From positions 1 through 44,298 of the forward strand of contig JBEDKY010000392.1 in the NCBI GenBank assembly GCA_041171905.1: 44,298 nucleotides of DNA. Reading direction: 5' to 3'. Position 1 is the stretch's first letter. Every line of letters begins with the position of its first letter. Positions 18,264 to 26,305 of the stretch are shown here, piece by piece. The DNA is from Pseudomonadota bacterium. Its GTDB lineage: Bacteria; Bdellovibrionota_B; Oligoflexia; Silvanigrellales; Silvanigrellaceae. The notes below the pieces were generated by a model. That model had not been told where the DNA came from and did not search any database. It saw nothing but the letters and a program-made list of their open reading frames with translations. A program made the position numbers and the translations under genes.

Positions 18264-18749
18264 GTGAAGTCCGTGTCCCGACTCACATCGACTGAAAGAG
18301 AAGATGCCTGGATTTATGACCTCCGCCTGCTCAACGGTCGCATCCGCGGACTCAAGGGAGTTCCGTCTGTGCGCACGCGTGCCGTTTCGCTCGCCGACTG
18401 TCGAGGTTGGTGTTATCGCACGCCCGCCGGCGATCGGGTTTCGTTGGAACTCAGAACATCACTCCGCGAGTTTTATAAAGTACTGGATACAGACCCGGCC
18501 GCACCGATCCTCATTAAGGCTGGTGCAAAACTCTGGTTGAGACTGATGACCATCCGTCCGTTTATGGATGGCAACCGCCGCACAGCCCGAGCATTTTTGG
18601 CCCGTTGTTTCACTCAACAGGGACTCACCGTTAAAAGCTTTCAGGCACTCAAAAAATTCCCCACCACCGGTCGGCTTGATGAAGATCTGGCGACCTGCCA
18701 ACTCGCACTTGGCCGATGTCTTGCAGCTGCACAAAACATCGCTCACTGA
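18264..18749 (+). CDS. Doc/Fic-fold protein with His-to-Arg substitution in the signature motif
   Basis: LMTIRPFMDGNRRTARAFLARCF aligns with the HxFx(D/N)(A/G)N(K/G)R Fic/Doc signature. The GTG start is preceded by GGAGG. Confidence 0.55.
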   Translation: MKSVSRLTSTEREDAWIYDLRLLNGRIRGLKGVPSVRTRAVSLADCRGWCYRTPAGDRVSLELRTSLREFYKVLDTDPAAPILIKAGAKLWLRLMTIRPFMDGNRRTARAFLARCFTQQGLTVKSFQALKKFPTTGRLDEDLATCQLALGRCLAAAQNIAH

Positions 18750-18884
18750 GTCGCGCCGCATAATTTTCCCAAACTGCTGAAATCAAAAGAGAGCCGACTG
18801 GTCGCAGCGGCGCGGTTGATGCATCTTTCGACGCGTTGTGAGCGGCCGAATGATTCAAAAATTTATCAGCCAAGGAGGCCCATT

Positions 18885-19505
18885 ATGATCAGAAATTCAG
18901 CTGTGCGATGGTGCTACGGTTTGTTGGCGCTGGCAGGAACAGCTCTCTCTTTGACGCCCTCTGCCGAAGCAAATTCTCTTTATTGGAGAAGGTATTCTCC
19001 GGCGCACGTCGGCCCCGGTCCTGTTTTCATTTCACCGATCGGAAACATCTGGAATGGCGGATGGTGGACGTCTGTGGACGTGGGTCGCTCGCCGCTGAGC
19101 ATCTGTCGCATCTCGGATGGTCCATCATGGCTCTATGGAAATTACCATGACGGACTCTGTGCTTATTATTCGCCCTCGCGCAGTGGCGCTCACTCGGTGA
19201 ACATCGGATTTGATCTTTTGGGTGGGAATAATTTTCCCAGATGGCGTCGCCTGTCGGACGGCCACGTTCACCCGCTCGATCTTGGATACCACAGCCACGA
19301 CCTTCTCGGTGACCCCACAATTGGCCAGCAACAAGGCGTCCTCGATGCTGAACTTGCAGCTCTGTGCCGTATCCAGCAGGCTGACGGCGCTTTCATTGGA
19401 ACAATCCTCGAAGGTGGCTGTTATGCCGCTTGGAATGGACAAACTTTAGTAACCGCTGACTACGAAGTTATCGAGCAGCAAAGCGACGAACCCACAGCCC
19501 GATAA
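18885..19505 (+). CDS. Secreted protein with two DM9 (DUF3421)-like repeats
   Basis: AAGGAGG lies upstream of ATG 18885, and the signal peptide ends LSLTPSAEA. Two repeats follow the DM9 pattern: LSICRISDG...GLCAYY...FDLL and ALCRIQQADG...GGCYAAWNGQTLVTADYEVI. Confidence 0.55.
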   Translation: MIRNSAVRWCYGLLALAGTALSLTPSAEANSLYWRRYSPAHVGPGPVFISPIGNIWNGGWWTSVDVGRSPLSICRISDGPSWLYGNYHDGLCAYYSPSRSGAHSVNIGFDLLGGNNFPRWRRLSDGHVHPLDLGYHSHDLLGDPTIGQQQGVLDAELAALCRIQQADGAFIGTILEGGCYAAWNGQTLVTADYEVIEQQSDEPTAR

Positions 19506-19644
19506 AGAAATCGAACCGCGGGTGGGGTGGCATATTGACACCTCACTCTGTCGGTCTCTCAGGGGGCAGTGCTATTCTCATGACATTGTCGAATTGGCGG
19601 GCAGATACCGCCTCCAATTCACGTGCCATGCGGGAGACGATCAA

Positions 19645-20400
19645 ATGGCTGCTCCAAAGCTGTCCGAACGCCGTGTATCTCAACGGTATGCGATGACCCC
19701 GAACGCGTATTGCGGTCATGTCGTATTTGAAAAAACTCTGGTGCTTCCGATGCTTGATATCAGCTACGGCGGATTTTCGGTTGCAATCGACAAACCGGAG
19801 CACGAATCACTCACAGAAACTTTGCCAAGAACGTCTGAAGTGGACATCGTGATTCTGGGCGTCGGCACAACCGGACGCGCTATCCGCGTTTTTGAAGGAC
19901 GCCAGCGGTTGGGCTACGCATTCTGCCACGACACCGCAAGTGTTTTGATTTTCCTCCGCCGATTCATCGAATTTATGCGCATGGGTGAGCATCTCAATCA
20001 GCTCGATAAAGATCTTCTCAAACCACCCTACGACACCGGTGACTGGCTTTGCTTCCGCGGCGACGGACCAACGGATGTCGTCATGCACAAGAACCGCAAC
20101 GAAGCCAATTCAGTTGATGAGGCGGTGATCACTTATCGTGAAAAAGAAACTTACCGCTCAACAGAGTTTCGCAATGGTCGGCTGTTTACGGCTGTGACTT
20201 CAGAAAACTCGCAATCGGGCGGATCTCGTGCGGGACAAGATACACAGGCCAACGAGGACATTCTGCGTAAATCGGCGTGTGTGCTGATGGGCTACCTGCA
20301 ATCGTGCAATTCGGCTCACCAGCCCTATCTTTCGAGTTTGCTCAACGTCCTCCGCAAGCAACTGCTCACCTCACAGCAGGCGAAAGCAAGTCCGACCTGA
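19645..20400 (+). CDS. PilZ-domain (c-di-GMP binding) protein with uncharacterised C-terminal half
   Basis: The RxxxR motif (ERRVSQRY) and the DxSxxG motif (DISYGGFSV) are present with canonical spacing. ATG 19645 is preceded by GGGAGA. Confidence 0.7.
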   Translation: MAAPKLSERRVSQRYAMTPNAYCGHVVFEKTLVLPMLDISYGGFSVAIDKPEHESLTETLPRTSEVDIVILGVGTTGRAIRVFEGRQRLGYAFCHDTASVLIFLRRFIEFMRMGEHLNQLDKDLLKPPYDTGDWLCFRGDGPTDVVMHKNRNEANSVDEAVITYREKETYRSTEFRNGRLFTAVTSENSQSGGSRAGQDTQANEDILRKSACVLMGYLQSCNSAHQPYLSSLLNVLRKQLLTSQQAKASPT

Positions 20401-20431
20401 TGGGATTTGAATGCAACTGATGGAGATGTTG

Positions 20432-20516
20432 TGGTGCGGACGGTGAGACTCGAACTCACATGCCTCTCGGCGCTGGCTTCTAAGACCAGTGCGTCTACCA
20501 ATTTCGCCACGTCCGC
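20432..20516 (-). tRNA. tRNA-Leu (anticodon UAG), class II with long variable arm
   Basis: The minus strand reads GCGGACG...CTGGT-CTTAGAA-GCCAG (anticodon TAG). It continues with the variable arm CGCCGAGAGGCATG, the T arm GTGAG-TTCGAGT-CTCAC, the acceptor 3' half CGTCCGC, then A-CCA. Total length is 85 nt. Confidence 0.93.
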
Positions 20517-20520
20517 GCAG

Positions 20521-20557
20521 AGAAAAACAGAACAGACCGCTTCGGTATAGACGAAGC
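20521..20557 (-). terminator. Possible terminator after the beta-barrel gene, immediately upstream of tRNA-Leu
   Basis: The minus strand reads GCTTCG-TCTATAC-CGAAGC followed by GGTCTGTTCTGTTTTTCTCT. The stem is short (6 bp). The same interval must also hold the tRNA promoter. Confidence 0.3.
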
Positions 20558-20573
20558 TCACGCCCGGCGCAAT

Positions 20574-21827
20574 TCAGGGTTGTCCAGCATTGACACTCAA
20601 GCGCAAAAAATAGCGCCGGTCCGTGCGGGCAGCATAACCAATCGGCCCCTCAACCCGAGCCACGTCGCTGGCGACTTCGACAATTGCAAAGGGCATATCC
20701 CAGCTCAGTCCGTACGAAAGACCATCACGATGCCCACCAAACCGCAGAATCACTGGGGCACCGCTCATCAAATCGGGTTCGGCCTGACCCATCAGGTGCA
20801 GCTCGCATCCGCCTCCCACCTTACCCGCAAGTTCGAGCCGTTCGTCATTGAGATGATGTCCAGCTGTGGTGCATTGAATGGCGAAATTTTGTCTCAGCAA
20901 AGGCCAAGCAGCAACGCCCACACTGATATTAGATTTTTGTATCACCGTTTGATGAGCCGAACTTGCTGCCTTGTATCGGGTGTCGGCAACGTCCTCGATT
21001 TTCAGTCCAAATGAAGGTTTGAGTGCAATCTTGGGCAGGCGTACTGCAGCACCGACATCCACCGGATATCCGCGGGTTTCGTTGAATTTGGCGCGCAGGC
21101 CTTTCGCCGAGGCGCTGACCAGAGGCTCATCGAGTTCCACAGAGCCTATAAAATCGCTCCGCCATGTGGGCCTGACCGTGACACCAAGAAAGACACCAGT
21201 GTTTTTGTAAGGCACTGCAAATGAGAGACTAGTGCCGCGTTCCACCGTCGCCCGCACGTCCATCTGCGATGCGGCCTGACCACCTGCGCTTTGTGAAACC
21301 AATGAAAGTCCACCAAGAATATCCGGAATCTCGCTCGCGGATGCATTCGTCGCTGCGCCCTCTCCAGAACTCGTCGGTTGCCAGACGTAGCCTTCCACAC
21401 GGACTCTGCCAAAGAATCCCCAGTGGACGGGTCCAACGGTGACTCCGGGAGTCATCGAAAACAGCCCATAGGGCGTTTGTTCATTTTGCGAGGCTTTCAG
21501 AAAATTCTCGAGTCTCTGCTGGGTTGAACCCTCACCTGAAAAATACGCCTTGGCCAGAGACTGCGTCGTTCCGTTGCTCCCAAGGGTCGCCGAAGGAAAC
21601 CAGAGACCACGGAGAATTCCCTTATTTTTGATTTTTCCTTCCTCTCCGACCCATGCAGGATTGCCCTGCGGGGTTTCACCCTGCGAAAGTCCGGCCATCG
21701 AAACAGTTGAGACTCCCAGGCCCAACGCCCGAATTCCATTGAGGTCACGCACAGGCGGCAAGATCTCCTGCGCCGCCGCGTGACCGGCCACCAAACCGCA
21801 CAGCGATGAAAGTAAACGGCTGGCCAT
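20574..21827 (-). CDS. Putative outer-membrane beta-barrel protein (FadL/PorV-like NPA motif)
   Basis: The signal peptide is MASRLLSSLCGLVAGHAAAQE. An early GNPAWVG motif resembles the NPA hatch motif of FadL/PorV-type barrels. The rest has an alternating amphipathic Gly/aromatic-rich pattern. No enzymatic motif is visible. Confidence 0.5.
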   Translation of the reverse strand: MASRLLSSLCGLVAGHAAAQEILPPVRDLNGIRALGLGVSTVSMAGLSQGETPQGNPAWVGEEGKIKNKGILRGLWFPSATLGSNGTTQSLAKAYFSGEGSTQQRLENFLKASQNEQTPYGLFSMTPGVTVGPVHWGFFGRVRVEGYVWQPTSSGEGAATNASASEIPDILGGLSLVSQSAGGQAASQMDVRATVERGTSLSFAVPYKNTGVFLGVTVRPTWRSDFIGSVELDEPLVSASAKGLRAKFNETRGYPVDVGAAVRLPKIALKPSFGLKIEDVADTRYKAASSAHQTVIQKSNISVGVAAWPLLRQNFAIQCTTAGHHLNDERLELAGKVGGGCELHLMGQAEPDLMSGAPVILRFGGHRDGLSYGLSWDMPFAIVEVASDVARVEGPIGYAARTDRRYFLRLSVNAGQP

Positions 21828-22025
21828 TCCCGGTCGGCCCAACTTTGTGCAGCTCAAGGTGCACCCCCTCTAGGGAATCTATCGGCAAACGCGACCAACA
21901 CTTGCAGCCGGGCAGGTGCCAACCAATTGGACAGCCGCCACAAAATTTCCTCTGCACCAAAAAAGACAACCAAATAGAGTAATAATAAATGGGTTAAGCC
22001 CAGCGAGAGTGGAGTTAAACAGCAC

Positions 22026-22976
22026 GTGTCTCTTCAGCCGCGCGCAGTCATATTCGCAGAAGAAAGAGTGACTGGCTTTGTCCAGATACTCCGCGAATTC
22101 CTGTTCAAACTCGGGTTCCGGCAAACGATCTGCACCACCAATCCGCTCGAAATTTCCAACCTGATCCACACGAGTCACTGGCCTATCATTTTTATCGATC
22201 ACACCGATGGCGTGAACGACGGGATGCAGCATTTCGAGGGCATCTATAAAGTCCTGGGACACCAGCTGCTGCCCATCGTTTTTACGGCACCATCCGACAA
22301 CCAGCTATTCGATTCCTTCTACCAGAGTCTCGGCGCTGTCGGGCTCATAAAAAAACCGCTGCAGACGTCGAACGCTGAAAAGATCGTCCGGGCAGTCATT
22401 CCTCAGCCCAATGATCCGGCCGTCAGGCTCGCACATCAGGTTTCAAAAGCGATGCTGCAGGGCCATTACGGAACGGTCGAACAACAACTTGCGCGGCTGC
22501 GCGAAATTCCACAGTTCCGCAGACATGCAGAGATCGCACTGCTACGCGTCGAAATGGCGATGGGAAATATGTCCAAGGCCAATGAGCGGTTCAGATTGCT
22601 CCTGCGCGACAGGCCGCGGGACCTGCGAGTTCTTTCCGAGTACGCTGAATTTTTGAAAAAGAATGCGCTCTATTTCAATACGCTGAAATGCTACCAGCGC
22701 ATCCAAAGTCTGCACCCGGAATTGTCTTTCAAATTCTGGGATCAGGTCACCCTGCATATTGAATTGGAACAAATTGACGAAGCGGCGCGCCTGCTCGACT
22801 CAATGCAGCACGACGACACCTACCGAGACCTTGCCGCAGAGGCACTCGCGCGGATGATGTACTTTATGGGACTGCAACACAACATCCCAAATTTCGTCAA
22901 GCTCTACCCGAATGCGACCAGAAACTACAACCTGTTCACCGGAACATCGCCCAGCAAAAAAGTGAGCTCATCATGA
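22026..22976 (+). CDS. Receiver-domain plus TPR-repeat protein
   Basis: The N-terminal roughly 125 aa follow the CheY-like (beta-alpha)5 pattern: AVIFAEE, PIIFIDH (candidate acceptor Asp), PIVFTAPS and GLIKKPL. The C-terminal half has TPR-like helical repeats (ALLRVEMAMGNMSKANERFRLLL...AEFLKKNALYFNTLKCYQRI). The start codon is GTG. Confidence 0.7.
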   Translation: MSLQPRAVIFAEERVTGFVQILREFLFKLGFRQTICTTNPLEISNLIHTSHWPIIFIDHTDGVNDGMQHFEGIYKVLGHQLLPIVFTAPSDNQLFDSFYQSLGAVGLIKKPLQTSNAEKIVRAVIPQPNDPAVRLAHQVSKAMLQGHYGTVEQQLARLREIPQFRRHAEIALLRVEMAMGNMSKANERFRLLLRDRPRDLRVLSEYAEFLKKNALYFNTLKCYQRIQSLHPELSFKFWDQVTLHIELEQIDEAARLLDSMQHDDTYRDLAAEALARMMYFMGLQHNIPNFVKLYPNATRNYNLFTGTSPSKKVSSS

Positions 22977-23917
22977 GAACAGCGACCTTTCTACTGGGTA
23001 CCGCAGGCATTTTTCTTTCGTCTGCGTTGGTCTCCTGCGGTACGAGCATCTATAGGCCATTCTCCATCAAGGACAGCAACGATGCACTGCGTGAGGAAAC
23101 CCTCATACAGCTCAATCAGGGCAACTATGATTCCGCAGCCGCGTCGGCGAAAAAACTCTGGGACAAAGACAAAAGCAACAATTCAGCGAGCCTCTACTCG
23201 ATAGCGCTGGCAAGTCAGTCGGGCGTTGGCTTGTTTGATCTGATCGTCAACACAATCGACAAAAGTACGAACTCATCGTCGTCGAGCACGTCAGGTGGCA
23301 GCGGCAACAACGTCTTCAACACGCTCGAAAGCGTTCTGCCGAATTTCACTCAGGCACAGCTCGACACCCTGAAACAGGCCATTGAAATTCTCGACACGGC
23401 TCCTGAAAAAAATTCCTCGAAACTGCTTTTTCAACGCTGTCTGACAGCGGCCATCTACACGATTCCGACGCTCAAAAACCTTCAGGCTGGAATCACGTCG
23501 GTTCAATCCACACTGAACGGTCTGCCGTCGAAACTAGGAACAGGCGCGGGCGGAACAGGATGCAGCGCTTCGGCAGAAAGTATCAGTGCAGCGGCTGCTG
23601 AGCTTTCATCGGCCATCAACGACCTTGGTGACATCACAACCGACTTCACAACAGCGCTCAGCATTGTCGGAGAGTGCTTTCCCAGTTCGCAGGGAAAAGA
23701 CACGCTCAACACAGTCAGCCAGCAGGTTAGCAAATTAAAAACGGCTGCCGACAAGGGCTGCGCCGTTCCAGCCACTCAAAAAATCGGCAGCTACACACTT
23801 CCATCTTGCCTCAACGATACGATCACAGCCACGGGCGGTGGCAGTGCGTCGGCCAACGACGGAAAAATCGACGGTTGTGAATTGTTCATCAACTGCACGT
23901 CGGGCAGCTGTTTTTGA
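22973..23917 (+). CDS. Lipoprotein, Ser/Thr/Gly-rich with Cys-rich C-terminus, unknown function
   Basis: The start overlaps the upstream stop (ATGA). The signal peptide has the lipobox LVSC (Cys22). Low-complexity SSSSTSGGSG is present. Eight cysteines follow the lipobox, four of them in the last 30 aa and ending CELFINCTSGSCF. Confidence 0.7.
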   Translation: MRTATFLLGTAGIFLSSALVSCGTSIYRPFSIKDSNDALREETLIQLNQGNYDSAAASAKKLWDKDKSNNSASLYSIALASQSGVGLFDLIVNTIDKSTNSSSSSTSGGSGNNVFNTLESVLPNFTQAQLDTLKQAIEILDTAPEKNSSKLLFQRCLTAAIYTIPTLKNLQAGITSVQSTLNGLPSKLGTGAGGTGCSASAESISAAAAELSSAINDLGDITTDFTTALSIVGECFPSSQGKDTLNTVSQQVSKLKTAADKGCAVPATQKIGSYTLPSCLNDTITATGGGSASANDGKIDGCELFINCTSGSCF

Positions 23918-23932
23918 GATGTCTCAACCAGT

Positions 23933-26143
23933 TCACTGAAGCAGCTCGAGCAATTCCTTTTTACTCAACTGAGCCGCACCCTGAGTGAGATTCTGAGCAA
24001 CTGTGCCGTTGCCCAGACCCTCGTCAAGCACCTGCGTGGCCGTCTTCAATTTCTCGAGTACAGTTCTGCGGATGTATTCATCCACCGTGCCCTCGGCAAT
24101 CAAATGAACCACAAGACAGCGCACAGCCTGCTGGCCGATACGGTGAAAACGCGCTTGTGACTGAACGTAACTGCCGCTGTCGAAACTCAGATCGAGATAA
24201 ATCATCGTGTCAGCGACCATGCGACCATCACGAGGCAAAAGAGTCAAACCCTCTTTTGCGGACTGTGGTGTCGCGATGAACATCCGGCAGCTCGGATCAT
24301 CCTGAAAGCGCTTGACGCTCTCCTGCCGCGCACCGACGTCCATTTCACCAGTGTGTCCGACAGCACCATAATTTTCAGCATACTTTTCGACCAAACGGTT
24401 GATGTTCTCTACATAATGAGACCAGACAATGACTTTTTTACTGTCATCGGAAAACACATCTTCCAGAAGGTCATCAAGCTCATGGAGCTTGGCGCTTGAA
24501 CCCTTGTATTCCGGATCAAGCAGCGCAGGATTGGATGCGATCTGCGACAAGCGCAACAGTTTGACAACGATGTTTGCCGCCTCTGCGGCGATCTCTTTAT
24601 CTGAAAGGCCGCCAATTTCCAGCCGCAGATGATCGCGCATCTGCGCGTACATATGCTTTTGCTCAGCTTTCAACTCAACAACAAAATCTTTGAAGAGCAT
24701 CGGTGGCAGATCGAGAACTTCCGATTTCAGACGACGGAGGCTTGTGCGCAGGATGCGTGACTGCAATTCATCCGGATTACGGGTCCCGATAAATTTTTCA
24801 ACGCGTATTGTTTTGCGCCCGACGTTGATTTTCTGCACCTCCATCTCACAGAAGGTGTTTTTGAACGCCGGAAAGCGGCTGCCAAACGTGTCGCCCTGAT
24901 CCATCACGAGATACTGGGAAAACAAGTCGATCGGCCTGTTGGCAATCGGCGTACCGGTGGCGATGATGCAGCGGCTTGAGAGCGGCCGCAGCCGCACTGC
25001 CGCCATCGTCGTCTGCGCCTGCAAATTCTTAATCCGCTGGCTTTCATCAAAGACCAACGCACAGCGCGCGCCTTCCATCCATTCTCTGAAGCGTTCCTCT
25101 TCAAGACGAAGGCCTTCGTAGTGAACAAGAAAAATTGAGTTCGTACTTTTGAATGCCTTTGCGCGTTGCGCCGGTGTGCCAATCACGACGGTGAAATCGA
25201 GAGGCAGAGAAAGTCTCAGTTCCTCTTGCCACGTCTTGAGCAGCGACATTGGCACGACGATAATGGCGCGGTCGATTTCTTTTTCTTGAAACATGATGCC
25301 GAGAGCTGAGGCTATCTGAAAAGTTTTACCGCAACCCATCTCGTCGAGCAGCGCAGCCTGCTTGTTCACAAGCAAAAATTCGATGCCCGACCGCTGGTGC
25401 AGGTAGGGCTTGCGTCCGAATGTGTACTTCTCAATCGCCTTCCGCCAGCTGACAACATCCTGCTGCACCGAAGAATCAAACGCTTCACTGCCGAGTTTTT
25501 CGAGGTGAAAAAACGAACTGCCGAACTTCACCTTGCTTTGCGTCAGATGTGAAATGTCCTCAAACCAACTCTCACGGACGACGATTTTTCCAAGCTTGCC
25601 GCGCCCGATGTGGGCATAGTAAGGGGTCAAAATAAATTCAGAGATCGCCGCATAGGCAGTTTCGGTGAGTTTGAAACCGCGCCCGAGGATATCGAAAACC
25701 TCGTCGAATGTGCCGATAAAGACACGCCAGATTTTTTGGTCGGGATCCCAAGCCCTCTCGTTGCGATCGAGTCCCTTCATGCGTTCTACGGCAGTCTGCT
25801 CATATGGAAACGATACCTTCAATTCACCATCAGCAAAATCAATCATCGAGCGTCCGGATGTGGTCAGTCCGGCAAGATAAATCTTTTTCAGATTGGTGCG
25901 AATCCTCTCGAGATATTCCCCGTCCAGAGGCTCGCTGGATTCAAACGGAATCCCCTTCAATTTGAGAGTTCCGACAATGTCCTGCCGGGCAAAGACAGGC
26001 TCCTCCGGCGGTTTACGCGGCATGGGTATGGACTGCGAGTTATCTTTTTGTCCCGGAGTTGGAATCACGCCGAACGCAAGTTTCACCGGTCCGCGCGGCG
26101 GCTTTGGACGAAAGGTTGAACCGCGGTTATTTCCTCTTTGCAT
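23933..26143 (-). CDS. SNF2-family ATPase/helicase with roughly 245-aa N-terminal extension
   Basis: Helicase motifs are present: LLDEMGCGKT (motif I), LVFDESQRIKN (motif II), TGTPIAN and FHRIGQ (motif VI). The N-terminus is an Arg/Pro-rich tail followed by a HARP-like segment. Confidence 0.9.
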   Translation of the reverse strand: MQRGNNRGSTFRPKPPRGPVKLAFGVIPTPGQKDNSQSIPMPRKPPEEPVFARQDIVGTLKLKGIPFESSEPLDGEYLERIRTNLKKIYLAGLTTSGRSMIDFADGELKVSFPYEQTAVERMKGLDRNERAWDPDQKIWRVFIGTFDEVFDILGRGFKLTETAYAAISEFILTPYYAHIGRGKLGKIVVRESWFEDISHLTQSKVKFGSSFFHLEKLGSEAFDSSVQQDVVSWRKAIEKYTFGRKPYLHQRSGIEFLLVNKQAALLDEMGCGKTFQIASALGIMFQEKEIDRAIIVVPMSLLKTWQEELRLSLPLDFTVVIGTPAQRAKAFKSTNSIFLVHYEGLRLEEERFREWMEGARCALVFDESQRIKNLQAQTTMAAVRLRPLSSRCIIATGTPIANRPIDLFSQYLVMDQGDTFGSRFPAFKNTFCEMEVQKINVGRKTIRVEKFIGTRNPDELQSRILRTSLRRLKSEVLDLPPMLFKDFVVELKAEQKHMYAQMRDHLRLEIGGLSDKEIAAEAANIVVKLLRLSQIASNPALLDPEYKGSSAKLHELDDLLEDVFSDDSKKVIVWSHYVENINRLVEKYAENYGAVGHTGEMDVGARQESVKRFQDDPSCRMFIATPQSAKEGLTLLPRDGRMVADTMIYLDLSFDSGSYVQSQARFHRIGQQAVRCLVVHLIAEGTVDEYIRRTVLEKLKTATQVLDEGLGNGTVAQNLTQGAAQLSKKELLELLQ

Positions 26144-26305
26144 AGACGCTTCCCCAGCTGCTCGATTGGATGCCTACGGTGGTCGCATTTCTGCCCGAAA
26201 GTTTCAACGCCAAAGCAGCGTGATGTCAGAGAATGCGACTGGACAAGGGCTACACGGGCAACTAGAGTGGGCCTCCGCAGAACTCTGCAAAAAACCGAGG
26301 CAAGT

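Noticed and set aside
20325-20561. A 78-aa ORF on the minus strand spans the tRNA-Leu gene. Similarly, the 175-402 plus-strand ORF runs from inside tRNA-Arg into ppsR.
   Set aside because: Both overlap well-folded tRNA genes and/or a confident CDS, so they are spurious.
21879-22262. A 127-aa minus-strand ORF overlaps the 5' end of the receiver-TPR gene and part of the divergent intergenic region.
   Set aside because: The plus-strand frame shows a complete CheY-like (beta-alpha)5 pattern across the same nucleotides. The minus-strand ORF has no motif, and its tail runs through the AT-rich promoter region. It is a probable shadow ORF.
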